The position numbers were made by a program, and so were the translations under genes. DNA of 63,841 nucleotides, filler included, from Craspedostauros australis (Eukaryota), in assembly GCA_030167865.1 (NCBI GenBank). It is 8 parts of 8 records of this genome, joined end to end, with 100 filler letters (N's around TTAATTAATTAA, not from the genome) between each part and the next. Parts side by side here need not be neighbours in the genome. Positions count along the whole stretch, not along the records: positions 12,498 to 38,350 come from JALAGF010002583.1; 7 more parts are not named here. One strand, written 5' to 3'. Under the pieces are notes generated by a model. It was not told the origin of the DNA and searched no databases. It saw only the letters and a list, made by a program, of their open reading frames with translations. Below, piece after piece: positions 12,967 through 23,791 of this stretch (position 1 is the first letter of the stretch; each line of letters opens with the position of its first letter).

Positions 12967-14865
12967 ATGTCTGGCGGCTACGACGACATGCGCGACGGCG
13001 AGGACATGGGCATGAACATGGGCATGGATGCGAATGAAGACTACGCCTACGGCGACAATGGCATGGAATACGACCAGGATGGCATGGATCCTGCTGTCGA
13101 TGATTATGGTTACGACGATGGTTACGACGATGGGTATGGCGGTGACGATGACGATGATGAGGACTACGTTCCTCCGCAGTCGCTCACTGTGGCCGATTCC
13201 CTGTCATTGGCAGTCACAAAGATTCGAGACGCGGCGGTGCAGGCATTCTGCCTATGGATCGTCGTGTACGCCGTCCTCGCCCACTGCCTCGTGGTTTGGA
13301 AATGGGATTCCTACCACAATCCGCAGCAGCTGACGACGGCGAATCGATCGCTGGCGGCTGAAAACCAGACCGACCAAGCGCCGGCCATCGAGTCGAAGGG
13401 GCCGCACCTCATCACGACGGATCCCTTCCAGGGATACTCCAGCTCCGTGCAGGACATCCTGCAGCAGACCAAGCAGTTTCAAAATCATCAGGAGGACATG
13501 CTGCGCACCATCGACGAACAGAATCAGCGACTGGACCAGCTCAGCGAAAGCGTCCAGCGCACCCTCGACGGCATCGAGCAGTACCAGCAGCACCAGCATC
13601 GTGTTGGCGGGGACTACCGCCACGTCACCTTCGAGACCTTCCACAAGGTGTTGGGCGAGGTCTCCTTGCACTACGTGGACGTCGAGAACGACTTCCCCAA
13701 GCTCTTCGACGAGCTGCACCGGCTCATGGAGATCCCGACGCTGTACGATGGCGAGGATGAAGGCAACGATGCCAACGCCGTGGATTGGAGCGCCATTGGA
13801 GCCATCTTCTGGCGATACTCCATCCGTCCTTTGGAAGATGGCGCGGAAGGCGAGATGTTCGTACCGCCACGGGAACGCAGGGAGTATGACCAATGCCCCG
13901 TGTCGCGGTACGACCTGGCCTACGCCCGCCATCAGCTGGAGCGCGCCAAGCTGCGTCGCGAACGCAAGCTGGAACGCCAGACGAGGAAGGTCGATCTAAT
14001 CATGTCGAAGCACCAGGAGCTCCAACAGCAGCAGGCCGCCGCCGTCGCTGCGATCGCCACCAAGAAGAGCAAGCTGAAAAACAAGAAGAAGAACAACAAC
14101 AAGAGGCGACAGCCAGCCATTCCATCCGACGCGGCCACCAAGGACGACTTGGAGAATCACATGCGTTCCGTTCGGCAGGTCATTCAGAGACGTCCCACCG
14201 CGCAGTCGTTGGAGAAGCTGGTGCGCGCCGACACGTTGCAACGTATCGAGGACGAGTGGGATCAGCAACTGGACATGCTCAAGGAACGGCTGCAACGCAA
14301 GGTGGAGAACCTTCAGCAGAGCGTCGAAGAGGAGAGAGAGAAGGCGAGGATCGCCCGCATCGAAGGCGCAGCAGACCAAGCCGAATCGGAATTCGATGCA
14401 GACGACTGCTTCACGCGTGATCAACTGAAAGAGATGATGGAGTACGGCGTCGACGCCGTGTACCGCCAGGATGATCTGCGCCGTGTCCTTCAAGACTATT
14501 TCATGGAAGAGCTGGCGTCGGATGACGACGGTTCGTCCTCGCAAATCATTCTCGATGCGGACCTGCCCATGCCAGTTCCAACCGCCTTGCAGAAACAGGC
14601 AGAGGAGTCCATCAATTTGCGCCATGTTCTGGACACGGAACTGCTGCAACGTTCGAAGGATTGGTTGGATCAACTGGTGGATGTCGTGGGCGGGTACAAC
14701 GATCAGGTCGATCGATTGTTGGATTCCATCGCGCCTGGCGAAGAGCGCGTCGGACAGGTTGTGGCGAATGCCTTGCTCAAGACCGCTGGCAAATTCCACG
14801 TGCCGACGATCCAGGGGATGGCGGCGAAGTTGCCAGCAAAGGACAAGAACGCAAATCAAAAGTAA
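12967..14865 (+). CDS. Hypothetical single-pass membrane coiled-coil protein (632 aa)
   Basis: Long ORF with strong codon bias. D/Y/G-rich N-terminus, TM helix AFCLWIVVYAVLAHCLVVW, heptad-rich segments and a basic patch KKSKLKNKKKNNNKRR. Confidence 0.8.
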   Translation: MSGGYDDMRDGEDMGMNMGMDANEDYAYGDNGMEYDQDGMDPAVDDYGYDDGYDDGYGGDDDDDEDYVPPQSLTVADSLSLAVTKIRDAAVQAFCLWIVVYAVLAHCLVVWKWDSYHNPQQLTTANRSLAAENQTDQAPAIESKGPHLITTDPFQGYSSSVQDILQQTKQFQNHQEDMLRTIDEQNQRLDQLSESVQRTLDGIEQYQQHQHRVGGDYRHVTFETFHKVLGEVSLHYVDVENDFPKLFDELHRLMEIPTLYDGEDEGNDANAVDWSAIGAIFWRYSIRPLEDGAEGEMFVPPRERREYDQCPVSRYDLAYARHQLERAKLRRERKLERQTRKVDLIMSKHQELQQQQAAAVAAIATKKSKLKNKKKNNNKRRQPAIPSDAATKDDLENHMRSVRQVIQRRPTAQSLEKLVRADTLQRIEDEWDQQLDMLKERLQRKVENLQQSVEEEREKARIARIEGAADQAESEFDADDCFTRDQLKEMMEYGVDAVYRQDDLRRVLQDYFMEELASDDDGSSSQIILDADLPMPVPTALQKQAEESINLRHVLDTELLQRSKDWLDQLVDVVGGYNDQVDRLLDSIAPGEERVGQVVANALLKTAGKFHVPTIQGMAAKLPAKDKNANQK

Positions 14866-15243
14866 CTCCTCTGCTCAAGCATTGTATTAGAACAGTACTC
14901 GTATTCAGCTCTACCGCGGTACTTGGCCATGTGACATTTACGTAGCTCGTAGAGTATGCACACTCGTACTTGTACTTGTACACACACTGGATTAGAGTGC
15001 TCGTCTCTCGAGAGGACTGTCTCATTCGGTGGGCGAGGCGTGGGCCGTGAGGAAGCTACTTTTGAATGGTTTTTATGCCATGCTTAGTCTACCACTATTT
15101 CTGGCTATGGCATTCCTTTCTTGCTTGTGGAGAGACTCTACTTGTCGAGTGGAGGAGCAGATCTCGTGTAGTACGAGTATGGGCGAGTCCATGCGTGCTT
15201 GCAGCTTTCATGTTGTAAACGCCTGTGGACGGGTGCTGCTGGT

Positions 15244-16403
15244 CTACGACACCTCCTCCAAATCTGGGAGATCGCCATCATCGCTGCCATCATCGTCGCC
15301 ATCCTCGCCGCCCATGGCACCGAGATCGGCGCCACCGCCCATCTGACCCATCTGCTTCATCAGTGCCTCCATGTCCATGCCTCCCATGCCGCCACCGCCG
15401 CCGCCCATTCCTGGCATGCCGCCCATGCCACCCATTCCTGGCATACCACCCATGCCACCCATACCAGGCATGCCGCCCATGCCACCCATTCCTGGCATTC
15501 CTCCTCCCATTCCCGGCGGCATGCCGCCTCCTCCCATGCCCATTCCACCCTGCAGGTTGCTCATGTCGAATCCACCTTCCTCTGCTTCTTCATCCTCGTC
15601 AACGTATCGATCCCAATCGATCTTGACCTGGTTCTTCTCCAAGGCCTTGTCCTTCAATAACCGTGGCCAGAAGGCTTCTTCATCGTCGTCCTTCTCCTTG
15701 TCCTCGTCGCCTTCCTGCTTGATGATGTGCATCTGAACGGACCGTGGCAAGACCTTGTACGTGGATCCATCCGCATTGACTGGCTTGAAGAATGCAATGT
15801 TGACCTCGTAATCCTTGTCCTCCGATTTCCCCTTGAATTGAAGCTCGGTGTCTGTCAGTGTGATTGTCTCATCCTTCACATCTGCAAATCACAGCATCCA
15901 CGTTGATTTGCAATGCCATTGTTTGGATGAGTACACGTTCACCGCCATCGGCGATTGTCAACGTGGAAATACACGATAGAGTATGATATGTTTGGGAAGC
16001 AGATGGTGTCAGCAAGATCATCAATGATACGTATGGTGTTGCATGGCATGGTATGGCATGGTTTCATTCATCTGCCAATCCTCCATGCGTCAAACCAAAA
16101 TCTCCATTCCATCGTTGCTTTTCACGATCACACTCGAAGGGAACAGCAAGGACACTTGTGCGATGCTGTGCTCGCACAACGGACGCAGAGAAACGTGCCA
16201 AGTTGTGGTATTTGCGCTCCATTGAAGGTCGCATCGTGGAAACTGAGACAGTCCATCACGGGGTCTCCACGATTGGCACATGTAGCATACCGCACACACA
16301 GACTCTGCGCATCGGAAGGGTTGGACGCACCTGGGAGACTGATCGTCAGGTAGATCGAATCCGTTCTCTGCGCGTACTTGATTGGTGCTGTGTTGGCTGG
16401 CAT
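15244..16403 (-). CDS. p23 / Sba1-like HSP90 co-chaperone (CS domain); exons 16403-16331 and 15881-15244
   Basis: Exon 1 MPANTAPIKYAQRTDSIYLTISLP splices through GT-AG intron 16330-15882 to DVKDETI... Hallmarks FWPRLLK, KIDWDRYVDEDE, GGM repeats and C-terminal DLPDLE. Confidence 0.93.
15380..15545 (-). repeat. Coding tandem repeat (GGMPGM/GGMGGM) in the p23 tail
   Basis: Repeated ccatgcc/ggcatgcc/cccattcctggcat units. Confidence 0.85.
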
Positions 16404-17119
16404 GGTGATTCTGTCGTTGTTGGTGTTGCTGCTGCTGCTGATTCGATTGCTATGTATTGCACGAGCTATGCCAGGCGTACTTCTATTCTTGTGGCACGAG
16501 TTGGTATGAGGCTGACAAATGTGTTGCTTGCCTTGTCTGCTTTTGTATTTGATGGATTGCTGGTTTTGTGATGGAAGAGTCCTCCTCGGTCTCCTTTTGT
16601 TTCCTGTCGTTGTTGTCGTTGTTGTTGTCTTCGCGAAGATCCTGTGGTGGTTGGATGTAGTTGTGTTTGTTTTTTTGGTTTTGCGGGCGTTTTGTGGTGA
16701 TCTGTCTCTCGATTGCTTGTCGCTTGTTGGTTGTTGTGCTTCAAAACCATTCTTCTTTTGTGATCTTTTTCGGGACCAATTTCATGGCTGATCGTGCACG
16801 AATCATCCTTGGTATCAGATAGACGGACAAACGTCATCTCAACCGTATAATAATCGTGAATCATGCCATTCGATTTTATTTCCCATTAACGATTGTTTAT
16901 TGCTTCTACCGCACCTTACGTGGATGCCTTTCGGACAATTTTTCGTGATGTGGCCATCTGCTCCGCAGGCATTGGCAATGCCGCCACGAGAAGGGAACAA
17001 TTCGTGAGAGTACCAATACCCACAGGCACAAGGCACACAACCCCATCGTTGCCACAGCTCGCACATCTATGTACCAAGACGCACACAATCTGTGTTATCG
17101 ACCATCAATCCAACCACAT

Positions 17120-17153
17120 TCGCACTCGCACTCGCACTCGCACTCGCACTCGC
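17120..17153. repeat. (TCGCAC)n microsatellite
   Basis: About five perfect hexamer units in the intergenic region. Confidence 0.85.
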
Positions 17154-17655
17154 ATAATTCATCTGCTGTCGACACAAGTAACATAGGCACATTGGCGAAA
17201 CGGAAGCTATCGCGGGCGATGGCAATGAGAGGAGGATAGTCCCTCCGACACAGCGACACCTTCATCAACACTTGCATCAATACTTGCACCAACAATTCCA
17301 TTCCAAGCCAAGAAGATTCATCGGGTCACATCCAAGACACACATTACTCGTGGTCGTACCATCGCACGCGTAGTCGTGCAAGTACGCGAAGCAACAGGCC
17401 GCCCCAAATCGAACACTTCGGCGCTGTTCCCTCCGCCGTCTGTCGTTCTTTCTGTGCTTTGAGAAACCACGCCCGCACAAGACCTCTCGTGTCCAGGAAC
17501 AAATCTTCCCCGTTCCATCGTTACCATCATCATCATCTCGATCAGACCATTTGGAGAGACCATTTGGAGGGTTCTGATAACAACTTGGACAGCAGACATA
17601 GGAGACCCAGCAGCCAGCCAGCCAGCCAGCCAAAACCGCAACCTGGACGACTGCA

Positions 17656-19614
17656 ATGGCGATCAAACGATTGCAAAGATCGCCGTCAGACGGAGTGGAA
17701 GGCAACATCGCCGACATTCTCAACTGCCTCAAGGAGCACCCTGAAATCGAGGAGCTGTCCTGCGAAGAAACCGTTTCCAACGATGATGTGCAGGCCATCG
17801 ATGAGCTTCTGTGGCAGTATCACAATGGGATTCATCTGTCATGCTTGGAATTGCCAAAGAATGGTTTGTCCAAACTCTCGTCGCCATCCCTGCAGCGCAT
17901 CGTCCAGACGCAGTGCGAAAGCCTGGTGCGGCTGGACCTGTCGCACAATCCACTCACGTGCGAAGGCGTGGTCAACGTGCTGCAGCCGCTGCTGGATGAC
18001 TGCGCGGTGCTGCGACATCTGAATTTGACGGGCACGCAAATGGGGTCGAAGGGTGCATCCATCATCGCGAGCTTGCTGCAGCACAACCGCACGGTGGAGG
18101 AATTGAACGTGTCAAGGAACAATTTTAGCACCAGGGGGATCAAGACGTTGGCGCCGCACATCGCCAACAACAGCACACTCAGGGTTCTGGACCTGTCACA
18201 CAATGCATTGACCGCACGCGGTGCGTCGGCGCTGGCCAAAGCCTTGCAAAAGTCAAGGATATGGCAGCTCAAGGAGCTACGCATATCCAGCAACAAGATA
18301 CGGACGAGCGGAATGGACGCGTTTTGCGATTTCCTCGTACTGGACCGAAGGTTAGAAGCCCTGCACTGCTGCAGCAATGAGATCAAGCCGGAAGGCGCTG
18401 CCTACCTGGCGGGTGTGCTCAAGCACAATTACACGCTGCGTGACTTGCGCATCTCAGACAACCAGTTTGGCGACATCGGCGCCACGTTGATCGTGGATCA
18501 GCTGGCGGAGAACTCGACGTTGGAGCATCTGGACTTGTCATGGAATCAGCTAACGCCGGAGTCCGCCTTCGCGCTGGCAGAAGCGCTGCCACGGAATTCG
18601 ACGCTCGAGTCTCTCGTCCTCACTGGCAACCAGCTGGGATGCGAGGGCACCATGGCGCTCACGCAGGCACTGGAGTTCAACCTTACCCTCAAGGAGATCG
18701 ATCTCACGAACAACCAAATCGAAAATCAAGGAGCGTTCGCGCTGTCGCTCACCCTGTCCAAGCCAACCAGCAGCGTCGAACGGATCCACTGGAAAGACAA
18801 TCCCATCTCGGACGAGGGCGTCGCATCGCTATCTCGCATACCGCGCATCAAGCGGAATTACAAGAGCTGGCTGGGCGACATGCTGCGTGCCATCAACAAG
18901 AAGGAAAGCGTCAACATGAACCTCACCAAGAAGAGCATCGGCGACGAAGAAGTGCTGCTGCTGTCGAGCGCGTTGGCCGAAAACCAACCGACTGTGCGAT
19001 CATTGTATCTGGAGGGAGCAACGATATCATCGCGCAGCCTGGTCCCCTTTGCCAAGGCCGTTCTCGATAGCCGACTGTCCAAGATCGAGCGCCTTTACAT
19101 CCGCAAGACCGCGTTGGGCGATGCCGGTGCCATGGCGATCGCGAAGGCACTGCATCAGAACACCAGCCTGGAGGTGCTCATGCTTTCCAAATGCGGCATC
19201 AGCTGCAAAGGTGCAATTGCGCTCGCGCAGGGACTTTCCTGCAACACCACCCTGCGACGGCTCAACCTGGATCGCAACTTCATCCGCACGGAAGGCTTCG
19301 TCGCCGTCGTGACGCAGATCCAACCATCCCTGCGCGCTCTGAGTGCCAACCACAATCAACTGACTGACGCCATTTTCGCGACCGGGGCGCTGTCGAACAA
19401 CGAGAACAACCTGCATGTCTTGTCCGAATTGCATCTGAATGGCAACGCTCTGTCGGACCGTGGCCTGCTGCAGCTGTGTGCGCACTTCATGGACAAGCAA
19501 TCCCGAAAGTCCCTGACCTTGCTGAGCCTTCGCGACAATCCGGATATCACGGAACGTGGCGTTCAGACCTTGCAGAATTGGTTGGGCCGCGACGCCGAGA
19601 TTTACTATCAGTGA
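17656..19614 (+). CDS. RNI-like leucine-rich repeat protein (NLRC3-like LRRs, no NACHT)
   Basis: Many ~28-aa repeats of the form LxxLxLSxNxxxxxGAxxLAxxL..N.TL. Confidence 0.9.
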   Translation: MAIKRLQRSPSDGVEGNIADILNCLKEHPEIEELSCEETVSNDDVQAIDELLWQYHNGIHLSCLELPKNGLSKLSSPSLQRIVQTQCESLVRLDLSHNPLTCEGVVNVLQPLLDDCAVLRHLNLTGTQMGSKGASIIASLLQHNRTVEELNVSRNNFSTRGIKTLAPHIANNSTLRVLDLSHNALTARGASALAKALQKSRIWQLKELRISSNKIRTSGMDAFCDFLVLDRRLEALHCCSNEIKPEGAAYLAGVLKHNYTLRDLRISDNQFGDIGATLIVDQLAENSTLEHLDLSWNQLTPESAFALAEALPRNSTLESLVLTGNQLGCEGTMALTQALEFNLTLKEIDLTNNQIENQGAFALSLTLSKPTSSVERIHWKDNPISDEGVASLSRIPRIKRNYKSWLGDMLRAINKKESVNMNLTKKSIGDEEVLLLSSALAENQPTVRSLYLEGATISSRSLVPFAKAVLDSRLSKIERLYIRKTALGDAGAMAIAKALHQNTSLEVLMLSKCGISCKGAIALAQGLSCNTTLRRLNLDRNFIRTEGFVAVVTQIQPSLRALSANHNQLTDAIFATGALSNNENNLHVLSELHLNGNALSDRGLLQLCAHFMDKQSRKSLTLLSLRDNPDITERGVQTLQNWLGRDAEIYYQ

Positions 19615-19714
19615 CACTTCACGCAAAGCCATTAGCTTGCTATCCACCAAAGTCTGCCACTCTACCATACTCGTGCGTACTCGTCTGCTGGAGAGGGTAC
19701 TACATTTTCTACTT

Positions 19715-21103
19715 TTAAATTCCTTTTTTGCGACGTTCTTCGTCTTCTTTCGCCAACTTGGCTTCCTTTTCGGCACAGTGGGCTGCATACTGCTCTTCCC
19801 AGGTTGGTTCTTCTGTTTTCGTTGGTTCTTCCTTGCCCTTGTCAGCGTCGCCATCGTTTCCACTGCCATTGTCATTTACGGAAGCTGCTCTCTCCTTTTC
19901 TACCAGGTAGGCATGATACTCGGCCTCCCAACCCTGCGTCGAAGACTCTCCCACCGCCACCTCCATGACTTGGCTCGTGCCAGGATACGGCGGCATCTGA
20001 ATATTGTACTTGGCCGCGATGGCGGGCGGCACGAACCTCCCACCGATGAAGTGACGACCCTTGACGAACTTCTTTGACGAGTACTTGGGCGTCGTGAGGC
20101 TGATCAGGACGTCGGGGAGGAATCCCATGCCTGCAACATCGCCTTCATCGACGTTCCATCCCGATGGCACATCGACCGAGACGATGATGGGTGATGACGC
20201 AGCAGCGTTGCTGGTGGAGGAGGATGGTGACTCCTGTTGCTGTTGCTGTTGCTGCTGTGCGTCTTGCATTTGCCGCAATATCTCATCAAAGGGCGATCGC
20301 GGCGCTCCATGAAACGAAAATCCAAAGATGGCATCGACGATGCCGTCGTACTGCTGCAGATCGTTGGGCATCGTATCTAGGACGGGAATATTTAGGTCCT
20401 GACATTGCGTGACGAGGTTGACGAAATGCTGCTGGTGCGGATTGGATTCCCGCGGTCGCTTGGGATAGACGATCGTGCAGTCGTATCCGAAATGAAATAA
20501 ATGGCGCGCTGCCACCAACCCGTCACCGCCGTTGTTGCCAGGTCCGCAGACCAGAAGGATCTTCGGTTTGGTCGTCGAGGATGACGACGGCGTTGATGTT
20601 GGTGTTGTCGCTGATGTTGGGACGACTTGATACACGGCCTCCGCGACTGCCAGCCCTGCCAATTCCATGAGTTGCTCCAGCGAAAAGCCTGGCGTGGACA
20701 TCAACTCGGCATCCAACGCTGCGGCATCCTTCGCGTTGAGGTATCCCGTGGTGACGGGCGGCAGCGTTGACGGCGACATGGACAGAGCTGTTGTGCTGGG
20801 CTGAGGTGCTCCTCTGGCAGAGGTCTGACTTGCCGCGCGTTGTGCCGCAACGGATGGACTGCAGGCAGTCGTGGCGCCGACTGTTGAGGAGGAAGGCGAC
20901 AGCCACAGCGGAGATGTCGCCACGAACCCTGTTGCGGTGGTCGTCGCAGCCCTGAAGAATGATCGACGATTGACTGACAGCGAGTCGTACGCGAAAGCGA
21001 ATGCAGATGCGGATGTGAATGTGAACGAGCTCGCCAAGAAGGAACACCGGCCCAGTGATGCAGTCGTCAGAAACGCGATCGATGACCTTGCGATCGAGAC
21101 CAT
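19715..21103 (-). CDS. NAXE: NAD(P)H-hydrate epimerase (YjeF_N) with long targeting presequence
   Basis: Motifs AAALDAELM, QLMELAGLAVA, CGPGNNGGDGLVAARHL, IVDAIFGFSF, SVDVPSGW, LISLTTPK and HFIGGRFVPP. First ATG at 21103. Confidence 0.95.
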   Translation of the reverse strand: MVSIARSSIAFLTTASLGRCSFLASSFTFTSASAFAFAYDSLSVNRRSFFRAATTTATGFVATSPLWLSPSSSTVGATTACSPSVAAQRAASQTSARGAPQPSTTALSMSPSTLPPVTTGYLNAKDAAALDAELMSTPGFSLEQLMELAGLAVAEAVYQVVPTSATTPTSTPSSSSTTKPKILLVCGPGNNGGDGLVAARHLFHFGYDCTIVYPKRPRESNPHQQHFVNLVTQCQDLNIPVLDTMPNDLQQYDGIVDAIFGFSFHGAPRSPFDEILRQMQDAQQQQQQQQESPSSSTSNAAASSPIIVSVDVPSGWNVDEGDVAGMGFLPDVLISLTTPKYSSKKFVKGRHFIGGRFVPPAIAAKYNIQMPPYPGTSQVMEVAVGESSTQGWEAEYHAYLVEKERAASVNDNGSGNDGDADKGKEEPTKTEEPTWEEQYAAHCAEKEAKLAKEDEERRKKGI

Positions 21104-21598
21104 CGCTGTTGTGCTAATACGAATACTCGTAGTCCACAAGGTCTCTCGAATGTTCTATTCAGTCATCCGTATTGTGCACCAAGCTCACGTTTGTTCTGGG
21201 TGATGATGGCAAAGACACAGGGGTGTGGGATGGATCGCAGAGTGTGATCTACACGTCTGGGTACGACTATGGGTATAGTGCGGTGGTTGTGGTGGCAGTA
21301 TTGCCTCCGCTTTTCGTCGGTGGATCCTTTCGTTGTGGAAGGAGAACAACCAGGGTTTTGATGGGTTTGGATACAGACCTCGCAAATAGCTCGAGGCCAG
21401 AGATCCCAGCGTGACGCCTCGACACGATGGACACAGAGCGAGATCCCAAAAAGAGAAGACCACGATGACACCAATCAGGCATGCCAAGAGCGGACTCCAA
21501 CCACCAGCACCATCACAATCACAATCACAATCACAAGCCCATCTGAACTCTCACTCTCACACTCTCACCCGCACCCGCACTTGCAGAAGAAGCCAACG

Positions 21599-22405
21599 AT
21601 GCTCCGATCAGCAGCCGCAGCGCGCATCCTGTCGCAGTCAGGGGCCTTGCTCTCACAGCAATCCAAGAGGGTGGTGCTGAATTCGCGATGCGTCGTGATC
21701 GGATCCAGAGCCTCCGGCCGCTCCCTGCTTCGCATCCCGCCCACCAGCAGCGCACGCTTTGGCAGCAACCACCTGCGCGCATTCAGCAGCCAAGGCAAGC
21801 AGGATCAGCAGGAGCCTCCGAAGAAGGAGGACGGCGAGGCCAAAGACGAGGGGGAGGAAACGAAGGAGATCATGATGACGCCAGGCGAGCAGGTCGTCGC
21901 CGCCTCGCGTCTGGGAATCTGGGCGATAGCGCTGGGTTTCGCCTGCGCGTGCGCGTTCTATATCGTGCGCGAACTCCTGCCCACCAAGATGTCGCCCAAC
22001 TCCGTCTTCAACAGCGCCATCAAAACCATCCGCAACGACCCGCAGGTCAAGCGACAGTACGGCGAGAAGCTCAAAATGTACGGCAAGGATCACGGTGGCC
22101 ATCGGGAGGGACGTCGCAACTTCATCGAGCACACGCAGTACAAGTCGCCCGATGACGACACCAACCGCACGCGCGTGCGATTCAACCTCGAGGGACAGTT
22201 CGCGAATGCCTTTTGCTTTGCGGAGGTCAGCTCCGACATGCCGTCGGGAGAATTCGTTTACGTGTTGGTGCAGGACAAGCAGACGGGACGCGTCATCACG
22301 GTCGTGGACAATCGCGCCGCGATCACCGCCAAGCGTTTGGCAGGTGGTAACAAGGAGACGTCGCAGGCCATGCAGCAGCTCTTGGGTGGCAGCGGCAAGA
22401 ATTAG
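21599..22405 (+). CDS. TIM21: Mitochondrial import inner membrane translocase subunit Tim21
   Basis: Arg/Ser-rich presequence and one TM helix, then ELLP..MSPNSVFN.A, YGE.LK.YG, GRRN and RVRFNLEG. Confidence 0.85.
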   Translation: MLRSAAAARILSQSGALLSQQSKRVVLNSRCVVIGSRASGRSLLRIPPTSSARFGSNHLRAFSSQGKQDQQEPPKKEDGEAKDEGEETKEIMMTPGEQVVAASRLGIWAIALGFACACAFYIVRELLPTKMSPNSVFNSAIKTIRNDPQVKRQYGEKLKMYGKDHGGHREGRRNFIEHTQYKSPDDDTNRTRVRFNLEGQFANAFCFAEVSSDMPSGEFVYVLVQDKQTGRVITVVDNRAAITAKRLAGGNKETSQAMQQLLGGSGKN

Positions 22406-23791
22406 AGTATTGCCGTTGCTGCTGTCGCTTTCGTCCAGAGATTCCTCAAGACTTTGAATATGCTCAAGACGACTCGTGTGAATATCCCGGATTTGCAGCG
22501 TTGGTCTGCGCAAGGAACCCGCACACATCGCAACCGAATGGCGGCCACAAAGCGTTCAGAGACATGGTTGAAGATTACGGAATGGTGCAGTGTTTGGAGA
22601 TCACAAACGCTGGAGTGGAGTAAACTAAAAACTCGGCAAACCTCCACGACGAATGCTGGCATTCCTGACCGTATTAGTATTTGCGGAAGGGGGATTCTGT
22701 GCTCAATCCCTCCTTGCGGCCAACTGTCTGTTGCGACCAAGTATCGGAAGCGGAGCCCAACGCCTGTTGAGCGTGACGCATTCTTCCTTGATCAAATATA
22801 ATACATGATGCGAAACATCAATGGAGAGCAGAGATCATTAGCGATGTTTTGGCATACTACAACCAGAAAAAACTTCGCACTGCTGATTGATGCCCATCAT
22901 AGCACTATTTGTACTCTCAGTGGCAGACCCTGGAAAAGCAATGGTCTCTGTGTTTGTCTCTCTCGATCTATCTAGACTCAATGGTATGATACTACACCGA
23001 ATCGTGGTTTCGGCTTGACGGACGACGGCGAGGCATGATTGGTGATGGCTGCAACGTCGATCGCGTCAGGACTGATGTCACGGAACGGAAAAGAACATCG
23101 ATCGCGCGAAATCGGAATTCTCGTGCTGCGACCATTGATAAATGGAAGAACAGGCACAATGCACGAGCAATGTCCATCATCGAACGAAACCGAACAATGA
23201 TGTCGCCATCACGACACCGAACGCAAAAAACTCGTCTGTGCGTGTCAAACCTTCACGAGAAACGTTCTTCGAAGTGACCGCATCACCCCACGGCACACAA
23301 CGGGAGAAAACAAAGAGACGAAGCACGTCCTCGCGCGCTTCTGCGCGGTTGTACCTCGCTCCCTGCCATACTCGTACCAGACCACACACCGAACAACAAC
23401 ATCGCTGCTGTCGTCATCGTCGTCATCGTCGTCATCATCGCCGTCGACACAAAAAGCACAACGCAAGCATCAGATTGCATCCACACTCTCCACCACTCTC
23501 CACCACCACTAACCATAACACCACACGCACCCACTGGCGAAGACCATAACAACTTGCACTGACAAACAATTGCTTCACCAACCGAAAGTGCAAACCCGCA
23601 ACACTGTTTGACACCTGAGGTTCTCGAAGACGTCCAGCACACAATCATTCGTCCCAGGATCGCCATCACCGCCATTCAGAGGAACGCGTATCCAGAACCC
23701 GTCAAGCAAGCCATCCATCAATCAACAAATCCAACCTCCTCTCCAGACAGACAGCAAGACAGCACCAACCATAAAACAGCCAAGCACAACA

